A DNA stretch of 64,000 nucleotides, from assembly GCA_977020255.1 (NCBI GenBank), contig CDROCS010002469.1, forward strand, positions 372,001 to 436,000, written 5' to 3'. The stretch's first letter is position 1; every line of letters begins with the position of its first letter. The translations under genes were made by a program, and so were the position numbers. Under the pieces are notes generated by a model. That model did not search any database, was not told where the DNA came from, and saw only the letters and a list, made by a program, of their open reading frames with translations. Positions 1-10,657 of this stretch are shown here, piece by piece. This DNA is from Obrimoposthia wandeli (taxonomy: Eukaryota).

Positions 1-595
1 TTTAGATGCCAGTGATGAAATTTTAATTCAAAGATACAGTGCTACTCGCAGGCGTCATCCAATGGCGAATCAGGTTCAAGGGCTTAAATCGTCAATTGAA
101 TATGAAAAATCCGTACTGACAACAATTTCAGACCTAGCCTCAATACGCATCGACACAACTCATCTTTCTTTATATGAACTACGCGATGTTATTAAATACC
201 GAGTTGCTGAGCGTACCGAACAAAACTTATCGCTACAATTTATCTCTTTCGGTTTCAAGCATGGAGTACCTTTAGATTCAGACATGGTTTACGATTTAAG
301 AATTCTACCCAACCCCTATTGGGTACCGGAGTTAAGATCTTATAACGGAAAACAACAACCCGTCATTAATTTTCTATCTCAACAAGTCTTAGTCACTGAT
401 ATGATTAATGATATTAAAAGTTACGTAGAAAAATGGCTACCTCATTTCAAAACCAATAATCGTAGTTATGTAACAATTGCGCTTGGCTGTACTGGTGGGC
501 AACATAGATCAGTTTATATAGCTGAGCAATTAACTAGCCATTTCTTGCCGCTTATGGATAATGTATCTGTTTATCATCGTGAAATTGTCCAATAG
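1..595 (+). CDS. rapZ: RNase adapter protein RapZ (5'-truncated by window edge)
   Basis: Frame is open from base 2 (LDASDEILIQRYSATRRRHP). It carries the RapZ motifs SFGFKHG, DLRILPNPYW and IALGCTGGQHRSV, and lies upstream of an HPr-family gene as in rpoN operons. Confidence 0.93.
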   Translation, partial: LDASDEILIQRYSATRRRHPMANQVQGLKSSIEYEKSVLTTISDLASIRIDTTHLSLYELRDVIKYRVAERTEQNLSLQFISFGFKHGVPLDSDMVYDLRILPNPYWVPELRSYNGKQQPVINFLSQQVLVTDMINDIKSYVEKWLPHFKTNNRSYVTIALGCTGGQHRSVYIAEQLTSHFLPLMDNVSVYHREIVQ

Positions 596-841
596 CAACC
601 GACCTTTTATTCACAATAAAGTATTGAAAGTTGGTTTAAAAATAATAGATAGCAGCAATATTTCAAACCTGTGAGCCTTTAGTTGTTATATATTGGTTTT
701 TCACTGCGTTATTGACTGCTTCTATCTTACGCTTTCGTTAAATGGCGCGAAAGCACTGTGGAGTAGTTTAAAGCTGGCATTCACGATCAAGTATCATTAA
801 CGTTTTATAGCAACCCACTCGGCAATTTAAGGAAACAATAC

Positions 842-1111
842 ATGCCAAGTACTAATATTGAGATTATCAACAAACTAGGATTACACGCTAGAGCTGCGTC
901 TAAACTCGTTGCTGTTACAGGTAAATATTCGTGTGATGTTAGAATCACTAAAGGCGATAAAATCGTCGACGGTAAAAGTATTATGTCAGTGATGATGCTT
1001 GCAGCTAGCAAGGGAACACAGCTGCAAATCGCCACTCAAGGTGAAGACCAAGATCAAGCCTTAGAAGCCATTGTCTATTTAATAAGCAATAGGTTTGATG
1101 AAGAGGAATAA
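842..1111 (+). CDS. ptsO: HPr-family phosphocarrier (NPr/PtsO, nitrogen PTS)
   Basis: 89 aa with NKLGLHARAA (phospho-His) and VDGKSIMSVMML motifs, directly after rapZ. Confidence 0.9.
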   Translation: MPSTNIEIINKLGLHARAASKLVAVTGKYSCDVRITKGDKIVDGKSIMSVMMLAASKGTQLQIATQGEDQDQALEAIVYLISNRFDEEE

Positions 1112-1232
1112 ACTAACCTTTTCAGCCTAATACATTTATTTTTTCTCAAATCGGTGCTACTACTAAGCTATAATTATTATTAAGTTCATCTAAATTAGCT
1201 ATTTTTCATTCTCCCACTGAGATTTTTACTCT

Positions 1233-2585
1233 ATGAGTCAGCAAGCAAATGCATCTGAATTAGATAAATTGTCTCAGGCTTTAGATAGTGGAGCTTTTCA
1301 ACAAATACGCTTCACATTAAATAACACACTTCAAAGTGTTGAAGTCGCGCAGCTATTAGAAAAGTCTCCTCCTAAAGAGCGAAAAGTGCTTTGGAAACTC
1401 ATCCATAGAGATAACGAAGGCGCTGTATTACAGCATTTATCTGATGATATTCAAGCTGATATATTATCACGTATGGATAATAGCCGTGTTCTCGCCTTAG
1501 CGGACACTCTAGATACCGACGATTTGGCCGATTTACTGCAACAACTGCCAGACACAGTCATGCGTGAACTCCTCAAGGTTATGGATAAGCAAAACCGCGA
1601 GCGAGTCGAACAAGTACTATCTTTCCCTGAAGACACCGCTGGGGGCTTGATGAATACCGATACGGTAACCATTAGACCCGATATCACTGTAGAAACAGTT
1701 TTACGTTATATAAGACGCCACGATGAAATTCCAGAGATGACAGATAGCTTGTTTGTCATAAGTCGGCGCAAAGAGCTTTACATCGGAATTCTGCCCCTAA
1801 CAAAGTTACTAGTGACGGATCCCGATATAACTGTACGTGAAATAATGGTCACTGAGATAGAACCCATTTCCGCCAACATGCCGGATCATGAAGTAGCACT
1901 ATTATTTGAGCAACACGATTTAGTCTCCGCTCCAGTGGTGGATGATGACGGTAAATTATTAGGGCGAATTACCATCGATGATGTTATCGACGTCATCCGT
2001 GAAGATGCTGACCACTCTTTAATGAGTATGGCGGGCTTAGATGACGATGAAGACACCTTTGCCCCTGTTTGGAAAACCAGCAAAAGACGGGCTGTATGGT
2101 TAGGCATCAACCTAATGACCGCTTTTATTGCATCGGCTGTGATCGGCGTTTTCCAAGGAACAATAGATAAAGTTGTCGCACTCGCCGTATTAATGCCAAT
2201 AGTAGCTTCGATGGGAGGCATTGCTGGTAGCCAAACACTTACTTTAATCATTCGTGCGCAGGCATTAGATCAGGTAGAAAAGGCTAATGCCGCTTGGTTG
2301 ATACGCCGTGAATTATTGGTAGGCACTTTAAATGGCCTTCTTTGGTCTATTGTCGTGGCAGGGGTCGCAGTTCTTTGGTTTGGGGATTATACTATAGGCC
2401 TTATTATTGCCCTCGCCATTATTATTAACTTAATTGTTGGTACTTGCTCAGGTGCATTACTGCCTATTTTGCTCAAAGCAAAAGGCATTGATCCAGCGCT
2501 TGCCGGTGGGGTATTACTAACCACCATAACTGATGTTATCGGATTCTTAGCTTTTTTAGGCTTAGCCTCCTATTTTTACGGATAG
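1233..2585 (+). CDS. mgtE: Magnesium transporter MgtE
   Basis: N-terminal domain, tandem CBS pair (DTAGGLMNT, GRITIDDV), and TM region with MGGIAGSQ and DPALAGGVLLTTITD. Confidence 0.95.
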   Translation: MSQQANASELDKLSQALDSGAFQQIRFTLNNTLQSVEVAQLLEKSPPKERKVLWKLIHRDNEGAVLQHLSDDIQADILSRMDNSRVLALADTLDTDDLADLLQQLPDTVMRELLKVMDKQNRERVEQVLSFPEDTAGGLMNTDTVTIRPDITVETVLRYIRRHDEIPEMTDSLFVISRRKELYIGILPLTKLLVTDPDITVREIMVTEIEPISANMPDHEVALLFEQHDLVSAPVVDDDGKLLGRITIDDVIDVIREDADHSLMSMAGLDDDEDTFAPVWKTSKRRAVWLGINLMTAFIASAVIGVFQGTIDKVVALAVLMPIVASMGGIAGSQTLTLIIRAQALDQVEKANAAWLIRRELLVGTLNGLLWSIVVAGVAVLWFGDYTIGLIIALAIIINLIVGTCSGALLPILLKAKGIDPALAGGVLLTTITDVIGFLAFLGLASYFYG

Positions 2586-2589
2586 ACCC

Positions 2590-3108
2590 ATGAATAACGA
2601 CAAGTTTGACACGATAGAAGATGATGAAGATTGGATTAGTCGCTCGTCTTTGAAAAGAGACGCAGAAGCTTTACAAGACCTAGGCGCCAAATTAATCCAT
2701 TTAAAGCCAGCTCAACTAGATAGTATAGTTATGGACGAAGCATTGCGCTTAGCTGTTGATGAAGCCAAGCGTCTTAAGCCACGCAGTGGTGCATTAAAGC
2801 GTCAATTTCAATACATTGGAAAATTAATGCGCTTTGAAGATCTTGAAATAATAGAGAAAGGTATCAATGGCTGCGATTTACAACACGAAGAATACAATAA
2901 AATCTTTCACCGCCTAGAGCGTTGGAGAGATCGGTTACTAAATAATGACGAAGGCATGCTAGATGTCATATTAGCAGAATACCCTGATACCGATATGCAA
3001 CATTTACGACAACTCATTCGTAACACACAAAAAGAAATAGCCGCTGCGAAACCTCCTTTAACGTCTAAAAAACTATTTAAGTATTTAAGAGAGTTAGAAG
3101 GCTGCTAG
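2590..3108 (+). CDS. yjgA: Ribosome biogenesis factor YjgA (DarP, DUF615)
   Basis: Motifs ISRSSLKRDAEALQDLG, KRQFQYIGKLMR and HRLERWRDRLL. Confidence 0.9.
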   Translation: MNNDKFDTIEDDEDWISRSSLKRDAEALQDLGAKLIHLKPAQLDSIVMDEALRLAVDEAKRLKPRSGALKRQFQYIGKLMRFEDLEIIEKGINGCDLQHEEYNKIFHRLERWRDRLLNNDEGMLDVILAEYPDTDMQHLRQLIRNTQKEIAAAKPPLTSKKLFKYLRELEGC

Positions 3109-3119
3109 TGCAGAAGTTA

Positions 3120-3160
3120 GGTTATGCTTTTGTATTTAGATTTTCTACAAAAGCATAATC
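3120..3160. terminator. Bidirectional terminator-like hairpin between convergent yjgA and ABM gene
   Basis: GGTTATGCTTTTGTA ... TACAAAAGCATAATC forms a 15-bp stem (one G-U pair) with an 11-nt loop. Confidence 0.65.
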
Positions 3161-3200
3161 TTCAATTTAATGTAAGCCTCTTTTTATAATAGACAATTGA

Positions 3201-3554
3201 TTATTTATGAAAGCCGTTGAATGTTTGGTTATAAATCATTGGAAGCCCTTTTACAGCCTTTTTGAAAGACTCACTTACATCTCCATAGCAATCCATTTTG
3301 ATTGGGCTAAGCAACTGCATTAATTTTGGTAAACATTCGCCTACATTCGCTAAATGTTGAAGTGCCGCATCACTATTTTGATAGCGCTCGTAAATATACA
3401 ATATTGACTCATCTGGACTGAGTGACCACTCATAAGCGATAGCAGCTGTCTCTTGCTGCGTAAGCTCAATCATCGCACTAGCGAGCTCTTTTAACTGCTC
3501 TAAACTTCCTTGATTGATCGCTGCACTAAATGTCCAGTATATATTTTTACTCAT
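3201..3554 (-). CDS. Antibiotic-biosynthesis-monooxygenase (ABM/Dabb) family protein
   Basis: 117 aa with the ferredoxin-like pattern E...AYEW...IYERY.NSDAALQH typical of putative quinol monooxygenases. Confidence 0.65.
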   Translation of the reverse strand: MSKNIYWTFSAAINQGSLEQLKELASAMIELTQQETAAIAYEWSLSPDESILYIYERYQNSDAALQHLANVGECLPKLMQLLSPIKMDCYGDVSESFKKAVKGLPMIYNQTFNGFHK

Positions 3555-3633
3555 TTACCACCTCTTATCATTTGTTTAACAAAAACTTAAAAATTCAAAC
3601 TGTTTTTTTATTCCATAGATATAAATCTAAGAA

Positions 3634-5394
3634 CTAGATACGCAACGTAAATATTAGCAATATCCCTAACACAATTAACACTATTTTTTTAACAATATTG
3701 AAAGGTGCAATTAAGCCCATTGAAACACAATATAAAGCAGCCGCTATTTTTAAAGCACTAATAACCGCCATCAATGGCTCTGTACCTAGGTTAATTAATG
3801 AAGGATTGGCAATCATCGCTAAAGGAATTAAATATAATCCTACTCCCAACATCATCGCGGCTCCTGCCACCTTTAACCAATTTTCTTTAACCATACCTGC
3901 AGCTATAAACACGCAGCCACACACAGGTGGTGTAATGGTAGAAAGCAGTGCAAACCAAAATACAAACAAATGCGCTTGTAAAGGCGCTAGGCCTAATTGA
4001 GATAAAGCTGGGCCCGCTACAGATACGCAAATCACATAAGCGGCTGTTGTTGGCACTTCCATACCTAAAATAAGACAAGCGACGGCTGTTAGTATGATAG
4101 CTGGCCAAAGCGATCCACCCGAACCTGACAAAATAAGCGAAGTAATCTTTATACCTAGCCCTGTAATCGATAAAACGCCTATCACAATAGAAGCACAGAG
4201 AATAATCGCGGCGATCATGGCTATTTGTTTACCAGCATTAGTGCACACACTTTCAAAACGCGCCAGCCACTGCTTCTTTGATACAGCACCCTTTTCACTA
4301 AAGAAAAGCAATAACATTGCCGTAAATATAGCAATACAAGCGGCATATTGTGGAGTGTAAGCTGGGACAAACATTCCCCATAATAGAACACTAAAAGGCA
4401 GCATAAAAAATGCGCAAGTAATCAACACCTTGCGTAATTTCGGCTGTTCATCCTTGCTCATCCCTTTTAGCTCGTAGCGCAGTGCAAATGCATCTATACC
4501 AATCCATACCGCCCAAAAATATAATATTGCGGGTAATATGGCGGCTAACATAATGCTTTGGTAAGATATTCCTGTCAGCTCTACCATAACAAACGCGCCG
4601 GCTCCCATTAGCGGTGGCATGATTTGCCCACCCGATGAAGCAACGGCTTCTGTTGCGCCCGCTAAAGCTTTCGGATAACCAAGCTTGGTCATCGCTGGCA
4701 ACGTTATAGCACCAGTAGAGGCTACATTTGCAGAAGCTGAACCCGAAATAGAACCAAACAATGCTGAAGAAATAACGGATACTTTGGCAGCTCCTCCTCG
4801 TAAGCGCCCTGCTGCAACCATCGCCAAATTCATAAACCCTTGGCCTGCTTCCCCGGCATTTAGCACCGCACCAAAAATCACAAAAATGGCAACGATGCTC
4901 ACAGAAACGCCCGTCAGCTTTCCCCAAATCCCGCCTTCTGCGATGGTTAATGTACCTAAAAAGCTACCAATTGGAGTACCAGGGTGACCAAATTCTCCGG
5001 GAATATATTCACCAAACAGGCCATACATTAAAGCGATTGCGGCCACCAGCGGTAATGGCCAACCAATACAACGGCGCGCCATTTCTAAAACACTTAACAG
5101 TAGTGCGCCCGCAATCCATAATTGATAATTTTGAGAGATATATCCGTATTGATCTGCAAGTATGTCCGCGTTATAAGCCACCCAGCAGCTTGAAAACAAA
5201 CTAATGACGACAAAAAAATAGCCACTGATGCGCTGTAATTTAGTTTCACTGAGAAAAACAAACGCCCAAGGTAACGCTAAAGCCATATGCAAAGGTCTGC
5301 TGACTAAATTGGGCACTAATCCAGAGAAGATTAGCGTTAGATGAAAAATAATGCTGATAAGGCCTAATGCGGCCCAGAAATATCGCTGGTACAT
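3634..5394 (-). CDS. TRAP transporter fused permease (4TM/12TM, TAXI type)
   Basis: Highly hydrophobic, with motifs RGGAAKVSVISSALFGSISGSASANV, ASSGGQIMPPLMGAGAF, LGMEVPTTAAY and ITPPVC. Start placed at ATG 5394; the ORF track extends it to 5451. Confidence 0.9.
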   Translation of the reverse strand: MYQRYFWAALGLISIIFHLTLIFSGLVPNLVSRPLHMALALPWAFVFLSETKLQRISGYFFVVISLFSSCWVAYNADILADQYGYISQNYQLWIAGALLLSVLEMARRCIGWPLPLVAAIALMYGLFGEYIPGEFGHPGTPIGSFLGTLTIAEGGIWGKLTGVSVSIVAIFVIFGAVLNAGEAGQGFMNLAMVAAGRLRGGAAKVSVISSALFGSISGSASANVASTGAITLPAMTKLGYPKALAGATEAVASSGGQIMPPLMGAGAFVMVELTGISYQSIMLAAILPAILYFWAVWIGIDAFALRYELKGMSKDEQPKLRKVLITCAFFMLPFSVLLWGMFVPAYTPQYAACIAIFTAMLLLFFSEKGAVSKKQWLARFESVCTNAGKQIAMIAAIILCASIVIGVLSITGLGIKITSLILSGSGGSLWPAIILTAVACLILGMEVPTTAAYVICVSVAGPALSQLGLAPLQAHLFVFWFALLSTITPPVCGCVFIAAGMVKENWLKVAGAAMMLGVGLYLIPLAMIANPSLINLGTEPLMAVISALKIAAALYCVSMGLIAPFNIVKKIVLIVLGILLIFTLRI

Positions 5395-5757
5395 AGTGTT
5401 TAATTCACAGATGAGTAACACTTTAACTTGCAGGCTCAGCTGCTTATTCATTCCTTTATTGTATTGATCTAAAGAAGCTATTTACGATTGTTGCACTTGA
5501 GCGCCTATCAAATAAATAGCGCTTAAAAAGCATTCACCGATATCGTGTAACGTAATTAGATCAAAACATTAATTAGTTAAAACATATTATGACAAGGTTG
5601 ATATTACCTTGTTTATTTAGTTTACCTACTCTTTAATAAAATGCGCTTAAAGTTAATATAACTTTAATACTCTTATTAAAAAATAGAAGTTTTACAAGTA
5701 CTTAAATAGCACTGCCTGATACAAGCAGCGCTATGCACAAAAGATCAAACTATTAAT

Positions 5758-6711
5758 TTATAGCTGATCTGCACTTAATTGAATACCTAGCTCTGTATAG
5801 TACTTAGCAGCACCTGGGTGTATTTTACCAGTCACGTTGCCTAGCAGTTGAGTAGACACCCCTTTCCACCAAGGTGACGTGTCGGACATCAATTGCTTTT
5901 GATCCCAGTATGCCTTAGTTAAGGTGTAAGCAGTTTTTTCATCCATCGCTGTGGTTGTATAAGCTACAACCGGTAAAGAAGTGGTATTTATGTCACTTTT
6001 TTGACCTGCATAAGTGCCAGCAGGAATCACTAACTTAGTTCGCTTAGATTGTTTTATTTGCGCTTCGCTTAGCGACAAGATAGTAACACCAGTGCCTGCT
6101 GCTGCTTCAATTACGTTCGGTGCAGGGTAAGACCCAGCGGTTACAAAACCATCAATTTGGCCATTTTTCAAAGCAGGTACCGCATTTGATAACTCAACTT
6201 GAGCTAAATCAACTTTCCCTTCAAGACCAAATAATTTTAGGTACTTTTCACCTTCACGTGCACCAAAAGAGCCTTTACCTAATAATATCTTTTTCCCTTG
6301 CATTGCAGAAAAAGAATCGATACCACTTTTGTTAGACATAACAAAATGCATTGTCAGCGATGGAATTGGAAACAATGCTCTAATTTCAGCAAATTTAGGA
6401 TTGCTCTTATTCTTAAACATCGCTTTACCACCTTGTGCCAGCTTTACTAATACTGGTGGTGTGGTAAATACATAGTTACCGTTACGAATGGCTGACTCCA
6501 TCACGTTTTGAACAGAACCTTGGCTCTCTTCAACCGTAACGATGTACTGACCATCAGTACCTTGTTTAACTGCCTGCGATATTTCTACTGCCATTTGATA
6601 ATAAGAAGAGCTAGTTTTAGCTGATTTATACGTTATACGAGTTTCAGCAAAAACACCTTGAGCACTCACTAATACAGCAGCTGCGAGTAATACACGTGAC
6701 GCCTTAATCAT
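5758..6711 (-). CDS. TAXI family TRAP solute-binding protein
   Basis: Signal peptide followed by SSYYQMAV, ESQGSVQNV and IHPGAAKYYTELG. GGAG SD lies before ATG 6711, upstream of the fused permease. Confidence 0.9.
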   Translation of the reverse strand: MIKASRVLLAAAVLVSAQGVFAETRITYKSAKTSSSYYQMAVEISQAVKQGTDGQYIVTVEESQGSVQNVMESAIRNGNYVFTTPPVLVKLAQGGKAMFKNKSNPKFAEIRALFPIPSLTMHFVMSNKSGIDSFSAMQGKKILLGKGSFGAREGEKYLKLFGLEGKVDLAQVELSNAVPALKNGQIDGFVTAGSYPAPNVIEAAAGTGVTILSLSEAQIKQSKRTKLVIPAGTYAGQKSDINTTSLPVVAYTTTAMDEKTAYTLTKAYWDQKQLMSDTSPWWKGVSTQLLGNVTGKIHPGAAKYYTELGIQLSADQL

Positions 6712-6880
6712 TGTTATCTCCAAATAGTTATTATTTTCAAGTAAATAGCAAAATCACTTTTGACTGTCATCTTACAATTATAGAAATTATTTTCATTTTG
6801 CCGATAGGTAAAATACCTCATGAAAATAATATTTGAAATCATTTTTTAATAACTTACAGAAAAAACACATAATATGATGG

Positions 6881-6917
6881 GTTTGCAGCGCTCTCGTGTA
6901 TATGAGAGCGCGCAAAC
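6881..6917 (-). terminator. Stem-loop downstream of cpdB
   Basis: GTTTGC-A-GCGCTCTC (8-nt loop) GAGAGCGC-GCAAAC, a 14-bp stem with one bulge between the cpdB stop and the TAXI start. Confidence 0.5.
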
Positions 6918-6981
6918 AGTAAAGAAATCGCTCTAACCTTTAAAGTTTTATATCTTTAACTCTAACCTTAACCATTGATTA

Positions 6982-8952
6982 CTAATCCATTTTTAAGCGG
7001 TATTTAGCAAAACCATCGTTCCCTTCACCTACATACTCTATTGGCATGTCTGCTGTGATTGCAGTTTTTGCATTCGGTGAGCTTTCAAAGATAACATTGG
7101 TTTTATCTATGCTTAAGAATGACCAATTATTATCGGCTGTTGGATCAATCGTTTGCTGTGCGAAAATATCATTAGCCAGCACAGTGCGGTTCTCATCCGG
7201 TGCTGAGATGATAATGTTACTACCATCTAATGCTGGAAAGTGCCCGCCGCCACTAGCACGGTAATTATTGGTCGCAACAATAAAGGATTGATCGTCAGCT
7301 ACCGGTTTACCTTGAAATTTAAATTGCACAACTCTGTGAGTATCAGCAATTTTTTTACCATCTTTTGCATAGCGAGGTGTTTTTGATAAATCGACCTTAA
7401 AGGTAACACCGTCAATGATGTCAAAGTTATACGATGGGAAATCCGGGTTTAGCAAAGGCTGCTCAGCAACAGTGTTTTCTTTAATAGTATTAAACGCACC
7501 CATCGACATTTCTAGCCATTCACGAACTTGTGCACCATTTAACAGCACCGCACGCAAAGTATTAGGATAAATATACAGGTCAGCAACGTTTTTAAGCGCT
7601 ATTTTACCCGCGCTAATATTAGTGTAGTAATCTGCACCGCCCCGCCCGCCAGCTTTAAAAGGCGCACCAGCCGATAACACGGGAATACCATCATACTCAG
7701 TGCCTTGTATGAGCTTTTCAACATAGCGCTGTTGCGCGTTTGTCACGATTTGCACTGAAGGATCATCTTGCACCAGCGAAAAGTAACTATGAATAGGCGC
7801 TGTTGTTGTTCCTACACCTTTGTTCATGTACGCAATAGTCGCTTTATGCTCTTTTTGCACTGCTTCTACTACCGCATGATCAGCATCAACTAAGGATATT
7901 TTTTTACGGCCATCACGCTTATAAATCCCTCTTAGTGATCCTTTACCGTCGACAACGCTCCATTTGCCATCTTCTACCGTTAACTGTAGGTCTACCACAC
8001 CTAAATGTGATCCCCAAAATCCAGGCATCACTGAGGGAACACCATTTATCGTTCCTTTAACTATGTCAGCACCCGCTATTTGTGCAAACTTTTCACTTGG
8101 GAAAGGCTGATGAGAATGGCCAAATAAGATGGCATCTATACCTGCTACTTTTGATAAGGCTAAGGTAGAATTTTCAGCCATCGTTTTGCCTTTTAATTTG
8201 CCAAGCCCTGAATGAGGGATTGCCACAATCACATCAGCGCCTTGCTCGCGCATTAAAGGGATAAACTTTTTTGCATCTTCGATAATATCATGCGCGACTA
8301 ATTTTCCGGATAAATTGGCTTTATCCCATTGTGTTATCTGTGGCGGTACAAATCCTATCACTCCAATTTTAATCGCTACTTTATCCCCTTGCTCCGTAGT
8401 GAGCTCTCTATCTAAAATAAGATACGGTGTAAAATAGTTTTTATCATTACTTGGATCTGCATCACCATCATCTATGTAAGTATTGGCTGAAACGTAAGGG
8501 AAGTTAGCTCCTGCTATTGCTTTTTTTAAAAAATCTAATCCATAATTAAATTCGTGATTACCCATATTTGCAGCATCGTAATTAAGCAAATTCATCGCTT
8601 TATAAACAGGATGAATCTCTCCTTTACTCAATCCTTGCTCTTTAGCAATATAATCACCTAACGGGTTTCCTTGCAGCAGATCACCGTTATCAAATAACAG
8701 CGAATTCTTCACTTCTGCTTTGGCTTGTTTTATCAGACTTGCTGTTTTCGCCAAACCTAAAGTAGTACTCGCTTTGTCACGGTAATAATCATAATCAACT
8801 AAATTTACGTGAATGTCAGTTGTCTCCATAATTCTTAGCTGTACATTAGCCGCTTGGGCAGATAGGTATATGCTACTTATTGCAGCCGCCAAAATGCATT
8901 TTTTAAAGAATGAATGCTTGATAACCCGATTATATTCAGTATTTCTATTCAT
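6982..8952 (-). CDS. cpdB: Periplasmic 2',3'-cyclic-nucleotide 2'-phosphodiesterase/3'-nucleotidase
   Basis: Signal peptide and metallophosphoesterase motifs ETTDIH, DNGDLLQG, GNHEFNYG, HSG and GHSH. C-terminal 5'-nucleotidase domain with YIYPNT and ATNNYRA. Confidence 0.93.
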   Translation of the reverse strand: MNRNTEYNRVIKHSFFKKCILAAAISSIYLSAQAANVQLRIMETTDIHVNLVDYDYYRDKASTTLGLAKTASLIKQAKAEVKNSLLFDNGDLLQGNPLGDYIAKEQGLSKGEIHPVYKAMNLLNYDAANMGNHEFNYGLDFLKKAIAGANFPYVSANTYIDDGDADPSNDKNYFTPYLILDRELTTEQGDKVAIKIGVIGFVPPQITQWDKANLSGKLVAHDIIEDAKKFIPLMREQGADVIVAIPHSGLGKLKGKTMAENSTLALSKVAGIDAILFGHSHQPFPSEKFAQIAGADIVKGTINGVPSVMPGFWGSHLGVVDLQLTVEDGKWSVVDGKGSLRGIYKRDGRKKISLVDADHAVVEAVQKEHKATIAYMNKGVGTTTAPIHSYFSLVQDDPSVQIVTNAQQRYVEKLIQGTEYDGIPVLSAGAPFKAGGRGGADYYTNISAGKIALKNVADLYIYPNTLRAVLLNGAQVREWLEMSMGAFNTIKENTVAEQPLLNPDFPSYNFDIIDGVTFKVDLSKTPRYAKDGKKIADTHRVVQFKFQGKPVADDQSFIVATNNYRASGGGHFPALDGSNIIISAPDENRTVLANDIFAQQTIDPTADNNWSFLSIDKTNVIFESSPNAKTAITADMPIEYVGEGNDGFAKYRLKMD

Positions 8953-9299
8953 TACTCTCTCCATAGAATAGTGTTCAAAATGATATATGAAATCGCATAT
9001 TGATCTAGAGTCAAGCCTGTATCATCATATGGATGTACGCCGAAAAAAGTATCTCGTTAATACCTAATAAACTTAACACATCAATATAGATGCCCGCAAA
9101 ACTGTTCTGATACTATTTTACAAACATATTGTGTCAAATAAATGATACCCCCATTAAAAACTAATAAACGGCTAAGCAGCTAAATCTTCAACCAAAACAG
9201 CTTTAGATATCTCTACCAGCATAGCTACTATAAATTTGTTTCCTTTTGCACCACTCAATTCAATAAAGCTCGCTAGTGATTTTTTATAACAGGTTATTT

Positions 9300-9840
9300 A
9301 TGTGCCAAACTATTTGATTCGAATATTTTCCCTCTCGTTTTTGGTTATTACCTTTCTTATTTTTACCGTACTGTAAATGCCACCCTCGCCTCCGGTAAAA
9401 TTAATGAATTAGTTTTTTACTTCCGCAAAAATTTGCTGGGTGAGCAGGACATATTTTGCACTCTTTCAAATGCCTTTAGGGATTCTTTTAGATCGTCATG
9501 AAATTCGAAAATTTTGTACGTTTTTATTGTTATTCGCTACCATAGTTTCTTTAGTGTTCGCCTTAAATGATAATGTTGCTATGGTTTGGTTTGGTTTGGT
9601 TTGGTAGTTTTCTCATGGGCTTAAGCGTTAGCGTCTACTTAATGGGTGCTTTCAAAGCTTATTTAATGTGGCTAACTGCTGAGCGATCACCATTTATTGA
9701 ATGGTTTACAGTTAGGTGATAGGGGGGGGGAAACTGGGATTCTAACAGCCACTACACCTGTAGGGCTAGCGTTGCAAATAACTGACTGGCGTGGCATATT
9801 TTTATTGCAGTGGATGATGAGGCTCATCGTCCGTTTATAA
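9300..9840 (+). pseudogene. Decayed MFS transporter (N-terminal half, several frameshifts and stops)
   Basis: Frame-hopping fragments IFPLVFGYYLSYFYRTVNA, FALFQMPLGILLDRH, MGLSVSVYLMGAFKAYLMW and NGLQLG...GILTATTPVGLALQITDWRGIF are collinear with MFS TM1-TM6. There is no intact ORF. Confidence 0.72.
9582..9605 (+). repeat. Pentanucleotide microsatellite (TGGTT)4.8; G9 run nearby at 9722-9730
   Basis: Directly visible. Both tracts lie inside the MFS remnant, close to stops or frame breaks. Confidence 0.9.
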
Positions 9841-9979
9841 CCTATTGCAACAAATGGACACTCACCTTCAGTTTTTTATCAATATGCTTGTTCGTTAGAC
9901 ATCTCATTACAAGTCATCGGGTTTATTTGGTATATTACTCAGCGCAAAAAACTATTATCTTTAGTTAGGAGGCCTTTTA

Positions 9980-10657
9980 GTGAGTAATAAATTAACCAGC
10001 TTATTAGACAAGTTTGCAGTGCTAGGTAATCTAGAGCAAGCAGCAAAAGATATTTTGCAGCGTGATCTTATTTATATGAATGAGAATGCGGGTTGCCTAC
10101 TGTTCTCAGAAGGTAATATTTGTCATGGCTATGTACTATTGCTTTCAGGTACTGTTAAAGTACAAAAAATATCTGAGACAGGGCGTGAAATAGTCCTGTA
10201 TCGCGTTGAAGAACGTGAAACATGTATTATGACGACTAACTGCTTATTAGCCAACCATCATTACAGTGCGCAGGGAGTCGCCGAATCAGATATTGAGTTA
10301 GCTATCATCCCACAGCACTGTTTTGATGAATTATTAGGTATTTCTAAGCTATTCCGCACGTTTGTGTTTGAAGTTTATGCACAACGCATGTCAACACTTA
10401 TGATGTTAATTGAAGAAGTGGTTTTTAAAAAACTCGATGAGAGGCTCGCCAAAATTCTACTTGATAATGCAGTGGATTTTGAAATCACCCGAACTCACCA
10501 AGCGTTGGCCACTGAGCTTGGGACGGTACGTGAAGTGATTAGCCGGCAAATGAAAAACTTTGAGCGCCAAGGCTTAATTACGCTTAGCCGAGGGAAGATA
10601 AAAATATTATCTCCCATAGAGCTAGAGCGTTTTGCGCACTCCGGTAAAGATAACTAG
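9980..10657 (+). CDS. Crp/Fnr family transcriptional regulator
   Basis: AGGAGG SD with GTG start; cNMP-like domain (GREIVLYRV..ETC) and HTH (THQALATELGTVREVISR). Confidence 0.88.
   Translation: MSNKLTSLLDKFAVLGNLEQAAKDILQRDLIYMNENAGCLLFSEGNICHGYVLLLSGTVKVQKISETGREIVLYRVEERETCIMTTNCLLANHHYSAQGVAESDIELAIIPQHCFDELLGISKLFRTFVFEVYAQRMSTLMMLIEEVVFKKLDERLAKILLDNAVDFEITRTHQALATELGTVREVISRQMKNFERQGLITLSRGKIKILSPIELERFAHSGKDN

Noticed and set aside
596-841. Remnant PTS EIIA(Man) gene between rapZ and ptsO
   Set aside because: No recognisable EIIA peptide in the frames I read.
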